Position numbers and translations under genes: made by a program
In this document: positions 1 to 11,290 of the stretch, in pieces
Layout: every line of letters begins with the position of its first letter
Numbering within the stretch: the stretch's first letter is position 1
Notes under the pieces: generated by a model
Databases searched by the model: none
The model's input: the letters and a program-made list of their open reading frames with translations, nothing else
What the model was told of the DNA's origin: nothing
Assembly (NCBI RefSeq): GCF_036321535.1
Contig: NC_087437.1
Location: 58,220,001-58,284,000 of the forward strand
Length of the DNA stretch: 64,000 nucleotides
Direction of reading: 5' to 3'
Origin: Camelus dromedarius
Taxonomy: Eukaryota

Positions 1-625
1 ATGAGAGGAAAAAAAAGCCAAAAGTTCCTTAAAAAAAAAAAATGAATGCAAATGATAAACTCCTAGCAAGACTAAGAAAAAGAGAGAAAACTCAGGTTAC
101 TAATATTAGGAGTAAAAGTGAGGACATGGCTATACATCCTACAGATATGAAAAAGATGGTAATATTTTTATGAACAACTTTATGCCAATTTGATAATTTC
201 ATTGAAAGATACAATTTATCAAAACTAACTCAAGCAGAAAGAGAACATCTGAATTCTCATACTTATCAAGAAAAGTGAATCCATTTTCAAAAACCTTCCC
301 ACAAAAAAAACTATTGGCCCTACTGGTTTCCCTGATAAATCTTCCAAGCATCTATGAAAGAAAGGATAACAATCCTACTCAATATCTTCCAGAGAACTGG
401 AAAAGAGGGAACATTTTCCGACTCATTTTATTGCATAGATATTAGAATAAAGGAAATACACAGGCTTATTTTCCTTATAAACATAGAAACAAAAATCTTA
501 GACCAATCATTAGCAAAATGAATTTAAAAAAATCATGACCTATGAGAATTTATTTCAGGAATGCAAGGGTAGTTTAACAATAGAAAATCAATCAATGCAA
601 TTTACTACATTAATATAATCACAGA
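1..625 (+). mobile_element. Old LINE-1 ORF2 fragment (linker to RT N-terminus), heavily frameshifted
   Basis: Degenerate matches to L1 ORF2 blocks DKPLARL, YEQLYAN, KNLPTKK..GP.GF, LFQ..EKEG, GMQG.FN.RKSIN. Confidence 0.9.
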
Positions 626-629
626 GGGA

Positions 630-2520
630 GATTTTCATACAACATTTTCAGAAGTTGATAGCTCATGGAGAAAAAAAAAATAGTAGCATTGTAGTAATAT
701 GAATAATGCATTTAATTAGCTTAATTCAGCACCTATATAGAACTTAGCCTCAAACAAGAATCTAAATTATTTTCAAGCATACACAAAAAACATTCTCCCA
801 AAATGACCTTCTACTATGCCACGAAGGGACTCCCAACAGATTCCAAAGAAATGATAAACAGTGCATTCAATTACCAAAAACAACCAGTAAGAAATTAGTT
901 GAAACATTTTAAACAAGAAATTTATTTGAAAACAAGGCAACACTTAACAACTCATAAGTTGAAGTAATCATAATAAAAAATGTGAAATACTTAGTTTTGA
1001 ACAAAAGAATTACATATAAAATTGGGTGTAGCTGCTTTTATTTGAAAAGCATAATTTTATTTGAAAAGAATAATGAAAATAAATGGGATAAGGTTTCAAG
1101 TCAAGGAGTTAGAAAAGAAAAAAATCAAAGCAAACAAAGAATATAGGAAAAGGTTAAAATAAAAAATTAGTGATATAACAATAAGAGAAATAAATTATCA
1201 AAAGTAAAAAGCTGGTTATTTTACCAAACTCAGGTTTGGCTGTTTGCTGCACAAAAATCAATACTTGGGAGAGACAAATGTTGATAGAAAGGAAAGTTGC
1301 TTTTAATCAGAATTCCAGCAACCTGGGGAGATGGTGGACTCAATGCCCTCAAAAACCAGCTCTGAAAATTCTGCTCAGCCATGAAAGTTTTAAATGGGAA
1401 AGGGGACGTAAAGCTCAGTTAGTCACTGAGACAGGGAGTCAGAGTCATCAGCATCCTCCACTGTGTGCAGGCTTGTCAACTTCTCCTGATCTTTTCTTTA
1501 GAAGCTATCTTGTTCACAAAGTTTGTTTGTGAGATTATGGAAGGGGAAGCTAGAGATCCAGTCATCTGTTAATTACTTAATCTCCATTCTACTTCTTTGA
1601 TCTATGAAGAGGACCCACAGGTTAAGCAAGATATTGTGTGATCAAGATTTGAAAGGTGTGCTAGTGCCAGAGAGTAGAGCATGGGGGTGCCTGGCTTAAG
1701 GCTGTGACAAGACCAAAGGGTAGTTTTCTTTTCTGCTAAGGGTAGTTTTCTGCAGAGAGCTGCTTATGATGATTTGAATAATAAAGCAAACATATCTGGC
1801 AAAATTAATTGAGAAAAGGAAAGAAGTCACAAATAACTAAAAGAAATATGAAAGGGAAAATATTACCAATATAGTTGAATTTTTAAGATTCGTCAAAAGG
1901 ATACCATGAACAACTTCGCCAATAAATTAAAAAATTTGAATGTAGTGAAAAATATAAATTGAAAAACTGACCAAAAACTAACAGATTGAAAACCTTAAAA
2001 AATTAGATTAATAGTAAAAAGAAAAATATCTTACCAGCATGAGATAGTTATACAGGTGAATTTCTCCAAACTAAAATGGAATACTAATCACTTTAATTTG
2101 CAAACTGTTTCAGAGAGTAGAAAAAGGAGATCACTTACCTAAATAATTTTAAAGACTATAGTTATAATCTAATATTACTAGTGAACAGAAATGCACAAAT
2201 CATAAATGATATCATACAGACAGAATTTAACACCGTACTACACAAATACACATATACATACACATACATTTGAGCAAGTAAGATTTACTCTAAGGAGTAA
2301 TAATTCAGCATTAAGACTATTAATATAATTCATTAGTAACAGTTTTAATGGGACTGTGGGGAAATGTGGGTAAAAAAGGGAATTTAACTTGAAAAGCATT
2401 AATTTATTTTATATTTAAAAAGTTCTGAAGCAATTATGACAAAATCTTATTCAGTCTGGGTGATGAATATATGGGCATTGTTATATTCTTCTCTGTACTT
2501 TTCTGATTTTGGAATTTTTC
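630..2520 (+). mobile_element. Second old L1M copy (endonuclease end, linker, RT pieces, 3' UTR remnant), split by an LTR
   Basis: IYRT / FFSS.H / F.KID-like blocks at 730-830; AAAAGCTGGTT..TTTGAA continues across the LTR; old L1M 3' UTR at ~2420-2520. Confidence 0.8.
1219..1768 (-). mobile_element. ERV1-class solo LTR inserted in L1
   Basis: Interrupts L1; minus strand has ATTAAA then gcaactttcc and ends ...tttggtaa; clear homology to the LTR at 18845-19079. Confidence 0.8.
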
Positions 2521-3649
2521 ACCCAATTCTCTACTAGATTACAACCAAGGTTTTCTGTATTAGCAATAGATAAAGCTATTTCTTACTGAAGAAAGCCAGT
2601 AAAAATCAACCTCCTACTCCTTTGATTGATTCAATTACAGTGAGGCTTTTGCCTTTGCTTTTCAAAAAATAAAAGCCATCTGTATGGCTGTGAATAAGAA
2701 AATCAGATAAACCTCAAAGGTCATGAGTGACTTGCTTGGAGGTTTCTTTGTTCTTAGCCCGGTTCGGGGATCTGAAATGATGCCTTTCAGTGAGAAGGCA
2801 GGGCTTCTTTTCCTTTGGGGAAGTGCTGCTGTATGTGTGTGAGGAAGGAGCAGATCACAGTACCTCGGGCAGGCTGCAAAGGAAGGTGCTGGCCTCCGTG
2901 ATGTGGAAACTCCCCAGTGCCTCCTCTTTTAATGTCAGTATTTGATTCCATTCTAGGCCACTGGCCTCGTATAAAGCTGCCTCTGAGCCAGTGTCAGAGA
3001 GACTCATCTCCACATGATCCTCTTTCTCCTGACACACCATCTGTCTCTCTCCCTACAGAGACACAGAGGAGAAGCAGAGGGTGGAATTTAATCACTGTGG
3101 TCTCTGGGATATTGAACTCCCAACTTCTGAGCTTCAGCTAAGCTCTCGGATCCCTTTGCTGCGGAAAGGGTAAAAAAAAAAAAAAAAAAAGATTCAAGTC
3201 TATATTTAATGAAAATTGTTCTTATTTTTAAAATGATTTTCCTCTCCATCATCCTCATCATCAAATTAAACTAAACTGCTGCTGCTGCTGATAACATTAA
3301 TTTCAGCAAACATTAAGAATTTTACATGTCTCCATACCCACCCGGTTTGTCAGATTTCTACTCTTGACTGGAGATGGCCTGAGAGGCTTGAAAAAGACAA
3401 TGTTTGCAAATAACTTAGCACACAGTGCCTCACTCAGAATAGGTGTTCTATGTATGCTAGTTTGCCTGTGGCCTCCATCTCCAGCCCCATCCAAATCCTC
3501 TTTGATTTGCAGTATTAGAGGACTGGTTCCAGCGTCACTGAGAGATTCTGGAGGAGGCAAGCAGACTTTGAATTGGCTCCATGAGAGTTTTAGAGGTTAT
3601 CTTACTGCTCTTAGATCAGAGCAAGAGGAAACTGCCTGGGACCTCAGAA

Positions 3650-3847
3650 GAGGAGTAGGCAAAGTTTTTCTGTAAAGGGCAAGATAGTAAATACTTTGGG
3701 CTTTGCAGACCATTTAGACTCTCTGTCACATATTCTTCTTCGTAATTTTTATAACCCTTTAAAAAAATGTAAAAACCATTCTGAGCTAATAGGTCGTACA
3801 AAAACAGGTTGTGGTCTGAATTTGGCCCATAGGCTCACTGATTCTTG
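3650..3847. mobile_element. MER58-family (probably MER58C) hAT-Charlie DNA transposon
   Basis: ggcaaagtttttctgtaaagggc..atagtaaata..; aaaaatgtaaaaaccattct; gtacaaaaacagg. Confidence 0.85.
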
Positions 3848-4644
3848 CCCACCACCTGTGCAAGATTCCCTAGACCCAAGAAGTAGGCAGGAAATGTTAC
3901 TTGAAGGGAAGGTGATGGGCAGAGCTCGGTATGAAGGCTGGATGTCTATGCATCTGTGCGTGAAGCCCCTTGTGGTAGAGGATGGACACAGGAAGGGAAG
4001 AGGTGGGACAGGCTATGGGGGAGTCTTGTATGTTATCTTGTTCTGGTCTGGAGCTCCAAGGTGTCTGAGAATTTTCAATTTAAACCTGACCTTCATGTCA
4101 TATAGTTACATTTTCAATGGAATATAGATTCTTATTTTGTTGAATAGTCTGTTAGCTTAAGCCTGGAACGACTGAAAATGTAGGCATTGAGTACACGGGC
4201 CTGTATTTGCAGTCTTACTCTGAGCCCCACAAATGTTGAGAGCAAACCTAGCCTAGAATATCCAGTGCCCTTTCCCTGAAACAAACTGACCAATTCCAAT
4301 TCCTCAGTCAGTTTCAGGAGATCCTTAATTAATCTGATGCTGGTATGTATGCCCAACGGTTGTGCTTTGCATAAATTATATCCAACCAGAGAGACTAAGA
4401 ACTCAGGTAGCCTCAAGGCTCCACGCATCTCTTAGAAGTTCTACCTTGACATATGTAATCTATCAGTCAGTATTCCCAGATCCCCTAACTCAGCGTCACA
4501 AACTCGAATGCTTACAAGGGTCTGGGTAACAAAAATGAAAGAAGTAGATCAGGTGTTAGAAAAAAAATCCACACTGAAAAGGGAAGCATCTTCTAAACAG
4601 GGCAACCACCACTCACTTCCAGTGACTGCTGTCATAAAGATGCT

Positions 4645-4830
4645 GGCTCAGTGCTGGCAAAGTTCCCATTTTCTAAAAATAGACCAAAAAAGTGGGAAAT
4701 CTGAATTTATATAGAAAATCTCCAAATTTAAAAAAATTGACAATATAAAAATTTAAACAATCCACATTGAGCAAGCAATCTTGTCTGTGGGCTGGATTTA
4801 GTCCACAGAATAACAATTTGTCACTTTTAC
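4645..4830. mobile_element. Ancient hAT-Tip100-like (MamRep/MamTip-type) fragment
   Basis: gaaatctgaattt..aaatctcc..tgtctgtgggctggatttagtccac; similar to 32670-32830. Confidence 0.55.
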
Positions 4831-4944
4831 CTAATTTTTTCTAATTGAATCTGGGGTATCCTCAGAGAGAAGACCCTCTGTAGTCTCATTCATCCTGCGT
4901 GTAACTCCTTGTGCATATCTTAGGAATGATGGTTATAGCGGAAC

Positions 4945-5108
4945 GAGTACAAGATTGTGAGTCAGGAGAACTGGTCTCTACATTCTGAATCCCCTTCCCT
5001 CTTCTGTGAGTTGGAGCAAGCTGCTTATCATAGTCCTCAGTTCCCTCAACTAAGGGGATTGGCTAGATGCCATTTTGGGTACCTTCCAACTTGCACATGC
5101 TAGATTTT
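4945..5108 (+). mobile_element. MIR SINE (MIR3/MIRc-like)
   Basis: gagtcaggagaactgg..gagcaag..cctcagttccctca..ggattggctagatg..ccttccaac. Confidence 0.75.
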
Positions 5109-5814
5109 TAAAACATTTGTACTCAGAGATGTGACCTAGCAAAGTAAAATTTAGACCTGCTAAGCTTTGTTTCATAGAATTGTACCACTGCAAAAGTTAT
5201 TATAAACCTCTGCTCTGCTTAGCATGTTTTTTCAGATCTATATATATATGGTAATAGGAATTTATTAAGTTTTCAACTCATTTGCAATGCAATATTATTT
5301 ATATCAAATGTCAATAGGAGATATCACCTTTATATTGTCTTTTCACACATATGCAACATTCTTTAGTGTAAACAGTCTGTAATGCCAAGAAAGCATTGTC
5401 ACTATCCTTCTTTTTCGGTGGGGAAAATGCCCCGGGGATACAAAACAGGGAGAAGTCATGGCAGCACATTTTACTTTGTGTTTTCCTGAATTTTGTTCTT
5501 GAGACAAACCCCAGCACAATACCTGCTGGTTTCTCTGCTTCTAGGATAGATTATTTAGACTTAAGCTATCCTGTCAATGTAATGGGGTTGATTATATTTA
5601 TAAAAATGTGATAGTGTGCCACAGGGGATGGTGCCACACTTCTGTCCACAAAAGAGGAGATGCAGAGCATGTTTTTTTTTTTTTTTTAATCCTGAACTTC
5701 TGTGCCAGGAGATGGCAGAGAGCAGCTTTGGAAGCAGGAGATTTTGGTAGACATACACAGGGCCAGTCTCTATGGGTTATGAGAAATGTCATGAGCCTTT
5801 TTTACAAAGTGATT

Positions 5815-6262
5815 TTTTTTCTCTTTAAAAGCTGTTTGTTGAGATAGAATGTATACAGCATAAAATTCTCCTGTTTTTAAGTATACACATCACTGAATTT
5901 TAGTATATTTACAGAGTTGCACAACCATCAACAAAATCTAATTTTAGAACATCCCCAGCAGCCTAAAAAGAAATCTCACGCCTATTTACAATTTCACCCC
6001 ATTTCCACCCCCAGCCCCAGGGCAACCACTAATCTAATCTGGGTTGAATTTGCCATTGCTTGACATTTTATATAAATGAAATCATAGAATGTATATCCTT
6101 TTGTGTACGGCTTCTTTCACTTAGCCTAACGTTTTTGAGCTTCATCCATTTATGCATTCATGGATATAACATATTTTGTTTATTCATTCATCAGTTGATG
6201 GACATTTGGGTTGTTTCTACTGAGAATGACAATGCTATGAAGATACAGATCAGATCTTTGTG
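5815..6262 (-). mobile_element. L1MB-type 3' UTR fragment
   Basis: T-rich end; ttttagtatatttacagagttgcacaaccatca; ggcaaccactaatct; gatggacatttgggttgtttc. Confidence 0.9.
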
Positions 6263-7424
6263 GGAGAGGAGTCATTCTTGACTTGGTTGTTAAAGAATTA
6301 GGATTGGAAGCGAGGCTGGCTTTTTTGTTGTACAATAACTTTCAGGGAAATCACTGTCACTCGCTTGCATTCTATTTGCAAGAGTGAATTTCCAGAAATC
6401 ACACCGGCAATTTGGAGTAGCCTTAGGGGCAGTCACAGGAGTTTACCAGCATGCGGACATCATTTGTCAAGAGTGTTGGAGGAGAAAAAGGTTGAGGGTA
6501 GTTCTATTCTATCACCCACTTGGCTGCCTTCATTTCTGCAGGATTTGTCTTTGAGTGGATAAGGGAAACTTTCAGTGGACCTCCACGGAGAATGTGTTGG
6601 GTAAAGTCTTCCAGGCTGCTGCTTTTTTTTGTTCAAGGCAGCTCTCTCTAACGGCTAAGGTTTCTCTTTCTACAGGCTCACAGAAGCTGACATTCCATCC
6701 TCTTCTTTTCACTTCAGGGTTTTATTGTTAACCTCAATGTGTAAATGGAATGAAAACAAACCAAGCAACGTGGGGCAGTGACACAGTTTCCTCAGAGCTG
6801 ATAGCATCATTAATCTGTGAATGTCTGAGATTTCTCAGCTCAGATGGATTATTGGGACTCAGGTGAACCCCACTCCTCTGGTTTCCTCATTCCCCCGGCC
6901 CACCTCTAATGCATATAGGGAAAATCAAATACGGTCATTCTCTGACTGCAATCCAAACATCTTTGCCCATCCAATCGTCAGCCTATATTTTGAACATTAC
7001 TAACAGTTACAATGAATTTTTTTTTTACAGTAATTAAAAGTCATTTATTAAAAAGGCTTTGGACAAATCCTGATTATAGCCCTAATGATACTCCATGCCT
7101 GGGGTCTTAGCCTGTTGTTTCTTTGCTGTCCTTTACAGTCATTCTGAACACAACGCACAAATCAGAAATTTGTCTTTGCTTTACAAGAGCAGCATCTGCA
7201 AATTTTCCAGAATACTGATGGTCATAATGACATCTCTAATAGGGACAGAGGCCAGTTAGCTAAGAATGTTTGACATGACATTAAATTTCCCTTAAGTTTA
7301 AACCCAAACTTTAGAGAGTGGTATTACAGTAATATGATCTTATCATACCTAGACATCAGCAGAGAAGTTTTATGGTCACTCCTCTCTTTTTCTTATTCAT
7401 TTAATTGGAGTTCTTTTGGTCCTT

Positions 7425-7690
7425 TGGTCAGTCAGATCTGAGTTTGAATCTTGGCTCCACGTAGTTGCTCCGTCACCTCCAAGATTCACTTGTAAGTAGA
7501 GTGGCCAGTGCTCCCGATTTGCTCCGGACAAAGGGGTTTCCTGAAACCTGGGCCTTTTTGTGTTGAAAGTGGGAGTCCCAGGCAGACCAGGATGAGATGG
7601 CCACCCTAGTAGAAACACGAAGATTAAATAGCCACCTGAAGCCACCTCACAACACCTTGTTGTGAGGATTCTGAGTCCGCACAAAGCCTA
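7425..7690 (+). mobile_element. MIR split by MER94
   Basis: agtcagatctgagtttgaatcttggctcc on the left; cctcac..gttgtgaggatt on the right. Confidence 0.65.
7497..7608. mobile_element. MER94-like hAT-Blackjack MITE
   Basis: Terminal inverted repeats TAGAGTGGCCA / TGGCCACCCTA; internal gtcccaggcagaccaggatgag. Confidence 0.8.
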
Positions 7691-7839
7691 ATCAAAATAA
7701 ATTTAAAGAAATGAAAAACATTTTTATTCAACACATTTCAATTGTCTTCCCACTTGGTTTTATCTCTGCTGACATCTGCCCCAATTGTTGCATCAAACCT
7801 CCCAGAAAAACCAGAATTAGATTGTGTAGATTAGCACTT

Positions 7840-8381
7840 CTTTTTTTTTAAGTGAATATTTTTTTTATGATGATAAACCATACAAAACATGAAATTTATC
7901 ATCTTAACCATCTTAAGTGCCCAGTTCAGTGGTGTTAAGTACATTCCCATTGTTGTGCAGCCCATCCCTAGAATTCTTTTATCTTGCAAAACAGAAACTC
8001 TGTCCTCTTTAAACCACCCCCTCTCCTTCTGGCCCAGGCAACCACTGTTTGTCTCTATGAATTTGCCTCTAGGTACCTCATATAAGTCATACAGGCTTTG
8101 TCTTTTTGTGACTGGCTTATTTTACTCAGCAGAATGTCCTCAAGTTTCACTTATATTATAGCATGTGTCCAAATGTCCCTCTTTTTTAAGATGGAATAAG
8201 ATTCATTGTGTGTAGATATCATGCTTTGTTTATCCACTCGTCCATGAATGGATATTTGGGGTGTTTCCACCTTTTGGCTACTGTGAAAATTGCTGCTATG
8301 AACATGGGTGTACAGATCTCTCTCTGAGATATTACTTTTAATTCTTTTGTCTGAACACCTATATTTGGAATTATTGGATGG
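7840..8381 (-). mobile_element. L1MB-type 3' UTR fragment
   Basis: Poly-T end; aaatttatcatcttaaccat..aagtg..cagttcagtgg; tgctgctatgaacatgggtgtaca. Confidence 0.9.
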
Positions 8382-8383
8382 AT

Positions 8384-8538
8384 TAGTGCTTCCTAAACTT
8401 TAATGTGCATACAAATAACCTTGGAACCTTGTTAAGATAGATACAGATTCTTTTCCAGTAGATCTAGAGTAGACCTTAGCAAACTCCCAGGTAATGTCAG
8501 TGCTGCTGGTGAGCTGACCACTCTTTGAGGTTCAAGGG
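8384..8538. mobile_element. MER5-family hAT-Charlie element
   Basis: agtgcttcctaaactttaatgtgcatac..; aaactcccaggtaatg..tgctgctggt..gaccactctttgag. Confidence 0.85.
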
Positions 8539-8554
8539 CATAGGAGGAAGTAAA

Positions 8555-8720
8555 ATAGCTTAGAAATTAAGATACCTGAGTTATATACAGTTCTGCCTCG
8601 GCCACTAACTGGAGGTATGACCGTGGATAAGTCACCTAAACTGTCTGGGCCCGTTTGCCAAATGAGGGGTTTGGGCTAGGTGACTTCTAAGGCCGTTTCC
8701 TTCTCTGAAATTCTGTACTG
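8555..8720 (+). mobile_element. MIR SINE (MIR3-like)
   Basis: gccactaact..tgaccgtggataagtcacctaa..aaatgagggg..ctaaggcc. Confidence 0.75.
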
Positions 8721-9224
8721 CCATATCTGTTCAGGATAAGTTTTTTTTTTTTTTTCCTTTTACACACTTGCAATAAAACACACGGAAAACAATAACTCCT
8801 GTTTTATAGTGCTGGAAGGGTCTGGAGAGCCATGAAAACTCTACCAATAGGTCTAACAGATCAATAGATCTATAAACTATCAGACTAATGAGGAAATGAG
8901 AGTAAATAGACTTGCATAGAAAGCGGGGCCTTCTCCTCAGCTCTGTTCATGTTTACGAAGTTATTTATCTACTTCACCCTGGGCAGCCATTTCTATTTAA
9001 AAGAAGAGGAAGCAGAGGAATTTCATGGCGAGTCCCAGGAAAAAAACTTTCATCAGAAACAATATTAAAAGGAGAGTGTCTTTAGTCACATATAATTTCC
9101 TGATTCAAGGTGAAGGAGAAATTAAGTAAAGACTCTCAACAAAATTCCAAGGTTATTTATATGTGCAATAAAATTTTAAGCTCTAATCTACCAATAATTT
9201 CACTTTGGGGTATATGCCCAAGTC

Positions 9225-9385
9225 AGGGGGGAAATCACCGCGATTTGTAGTGTTTGCCAATGCATACGTGCTCCTACATGACCACTTTCAGTCTACCAAT
9301 GTGACACCAAATGGCCAGCAAAATTTGTGAAATTTTAACGACTAACTTTCATGAGCCCCTACAAGCCAGCTCTAGCACACCACTG
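9225..9385. mobile_element. MER63-family hAT-Blackjack fragment
   Basis: gatttgtagtgtttgccaat..; tgaaattttaac..catgagcc..acaagccagctctagcacaccactg terminus. Confidence 0.75.
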
Positions 9386-9464
9386 AAGAGTAAATTTCCT
9401 CTAATTGCGTTATTGGGATTAGATAGAAGAAATCCTTCTAATAACCTGCTTTTCCCCTCTACTG

Positions 9465-9625
9465 CAGTTGTTCTCAATGCTGACTGAATAGTAACATCTT
9501 CAGGGCAACATTTAAAAAACACTAGTGGTCAGGCCTCATCCCAACCCAATTAAATCAGAAATTCTTGGGATAGAGGCACAGGCAAAAAAACTCCCTCAGG
9601 TTTTAATGTGCTGCCAAGGATGAAA
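9465..9625. mobile_element. MER5-family hAT-Charlie element
   Basis: cagttgttctcaa..; ccaattaaatcagaa..; tttaatgtgctgccaagg. Confidence 0.75.
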
Positions 9626-10294
9626 GCAACAAGATTCCTGCTGTCAATGCCATGACGTCAAATGATCTGATTACATTCAATAGTTCAGGTTCTTCCTCCT
9701 GCCAACAGAGTGCTAACAGAGTAAATCTGTGGAAGTGAATGATGCTTTCCCAATCTAGCAGATACTTCTGTGTGGACCACGGGGATTTCAAACCCACTTA
9801 GGGATGCTGATGTCTCGATTGGTCCATGACTCATCAAATGTGCTTGACCAGACTGTAGATCTTATTCTAAGGAATCAATAGTTTAAAAACAAACAGACAA
9901 AAAAAAAAACAGCTGATGAGGTTGTTGGGGGCCATTTCCATTAAACGACAGTCTTGCTGTCATAAATCCTCCTCTTTATAACTAGTCCTGGCAAAACTAT
10001 ATGGAGAGCAGGGAAACTGGGGTTGAAGAACGGGAGAGGTGGGAAGAAATGAGGTTGTAATTCAAGAGGTGAAACTTAGAATTAGAACTTTTAGAAAATA
10101 ATGACATCTTGGAAGTGATTTAGGATAAGTTAGAAAGAGTGTGTGGGCTGTTGGAGAGGAATAGAGTGAGAGATTGGTGGAGTAAGGGGGTCGCCCAAGG
10201 CCAGAGTACCTTATAGAACAAATGATGTAAGTGGTGGGCAGTCACCCGCAGAGGATGGCAGGAGATGGGTGGAGGAAAGAGGGCAAGAAAGAGC

Positions 10295-10640
10295 ATAATA
10301 ATACAACTTGCCGTATTTATTGAGCGTCTACCATGTGCTAGGTATGCCAGGAGGTACTTTGTATCTATTTTCTCATTTAATTCTCAAATCAATCTTACGA
10401 GGCAGCAGAGACTATTACTGTCATTTCTATTTTACAATTGAGAAATTAGGGCTTAGAGAGGCAAAATAGCTTACCGAAACATTGGTTATGTGTTGTGACT
10501 GTAACTAGTCCTCGAAATCAATTCTCCTGACTCTAGGATCCATTCTTTTAATCTCTACACTACTGCCATTTGTTGAATACCTATGATGTTCTTGCCATTG
10601 TCTTAGGGGAGTTATCTCCTTGAATTCCTGCAAAAACTCT
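10295..10640 (-). mobile_element. Near full-length MIR plus a second MIR fragment
   Basis: atttattgagcgtctaccatgtgctagg..ttttaca..gagaaattagggcttagagagg..ctgactctag. Confidence 0.85.
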
Positions 10641-11290
10641 GAAAAATCTCAAAAAACATTATGTTGAAACAAAGAAGCCTGGTGCCAAAGAATATATACT
10701 GCATGATTCCAGGGATGAGTTTTGAGTTTATATATCAATTGCTTATCACTCCATAAAACCGTTACTACAATCAGGATAATGGATACACGTATGACTCCCA
10801 TTTACCCATGCTGTTGCATGTATTGATAAATTTGTTCCTTTTTATTGCTCAGCAGGATGCTGTTGTATGGATATACCATCATTTGTTTGTTCACCTCATG
10901 CTTTCACTGTTCAGCATTTAGCTGAATATTCCCTGGACACGCTCTGAAAATCTCTTCAGTTTTCTCTCTCTGTAGCTCTCACCTCTTTAGTACATACTCT
11001 GTTTTATGGACTCTACCTGACTGAGCCTCCTTATAATCCCAGCTCAGGGAGTTCATGGGTTCCACTTGGGCTCCCCAACCCGTGCCACAGCCTGCAAACT
11101 CTCTCCAGGAGGTAAAATGGGGCCATTACAGGGTTCACCTAATTTCTTTGCATTCTCAGGTATCACTGTCCTTGGTTGCCTGATGGTCAATGACTTGACC
11201 ATTGCTTCATATATTTTGCCTCTTTTTTCCTCAGAAAGGAGACTAAACAGGTCCCCATTATTTCCTCTCGGCTGGCAGCAAACGTCTCCT
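10640..11290. mobile_element. Mosaic of old L1M fragments (3' UTR pieces in both orientations plus a 5'-region piece)
   Basis: aatctcaaaaaacattatgttga..tactgcatgattcca (+); catgctgttgcatgt..tgtatggatatacca (-); L1M 5'-like 10900-11290. Confidence 0.6.

Noticed and set aside
1716..1751. Direct repeat aagggtagttttct x2
   Set aside because: Small local duplication inside an LTR
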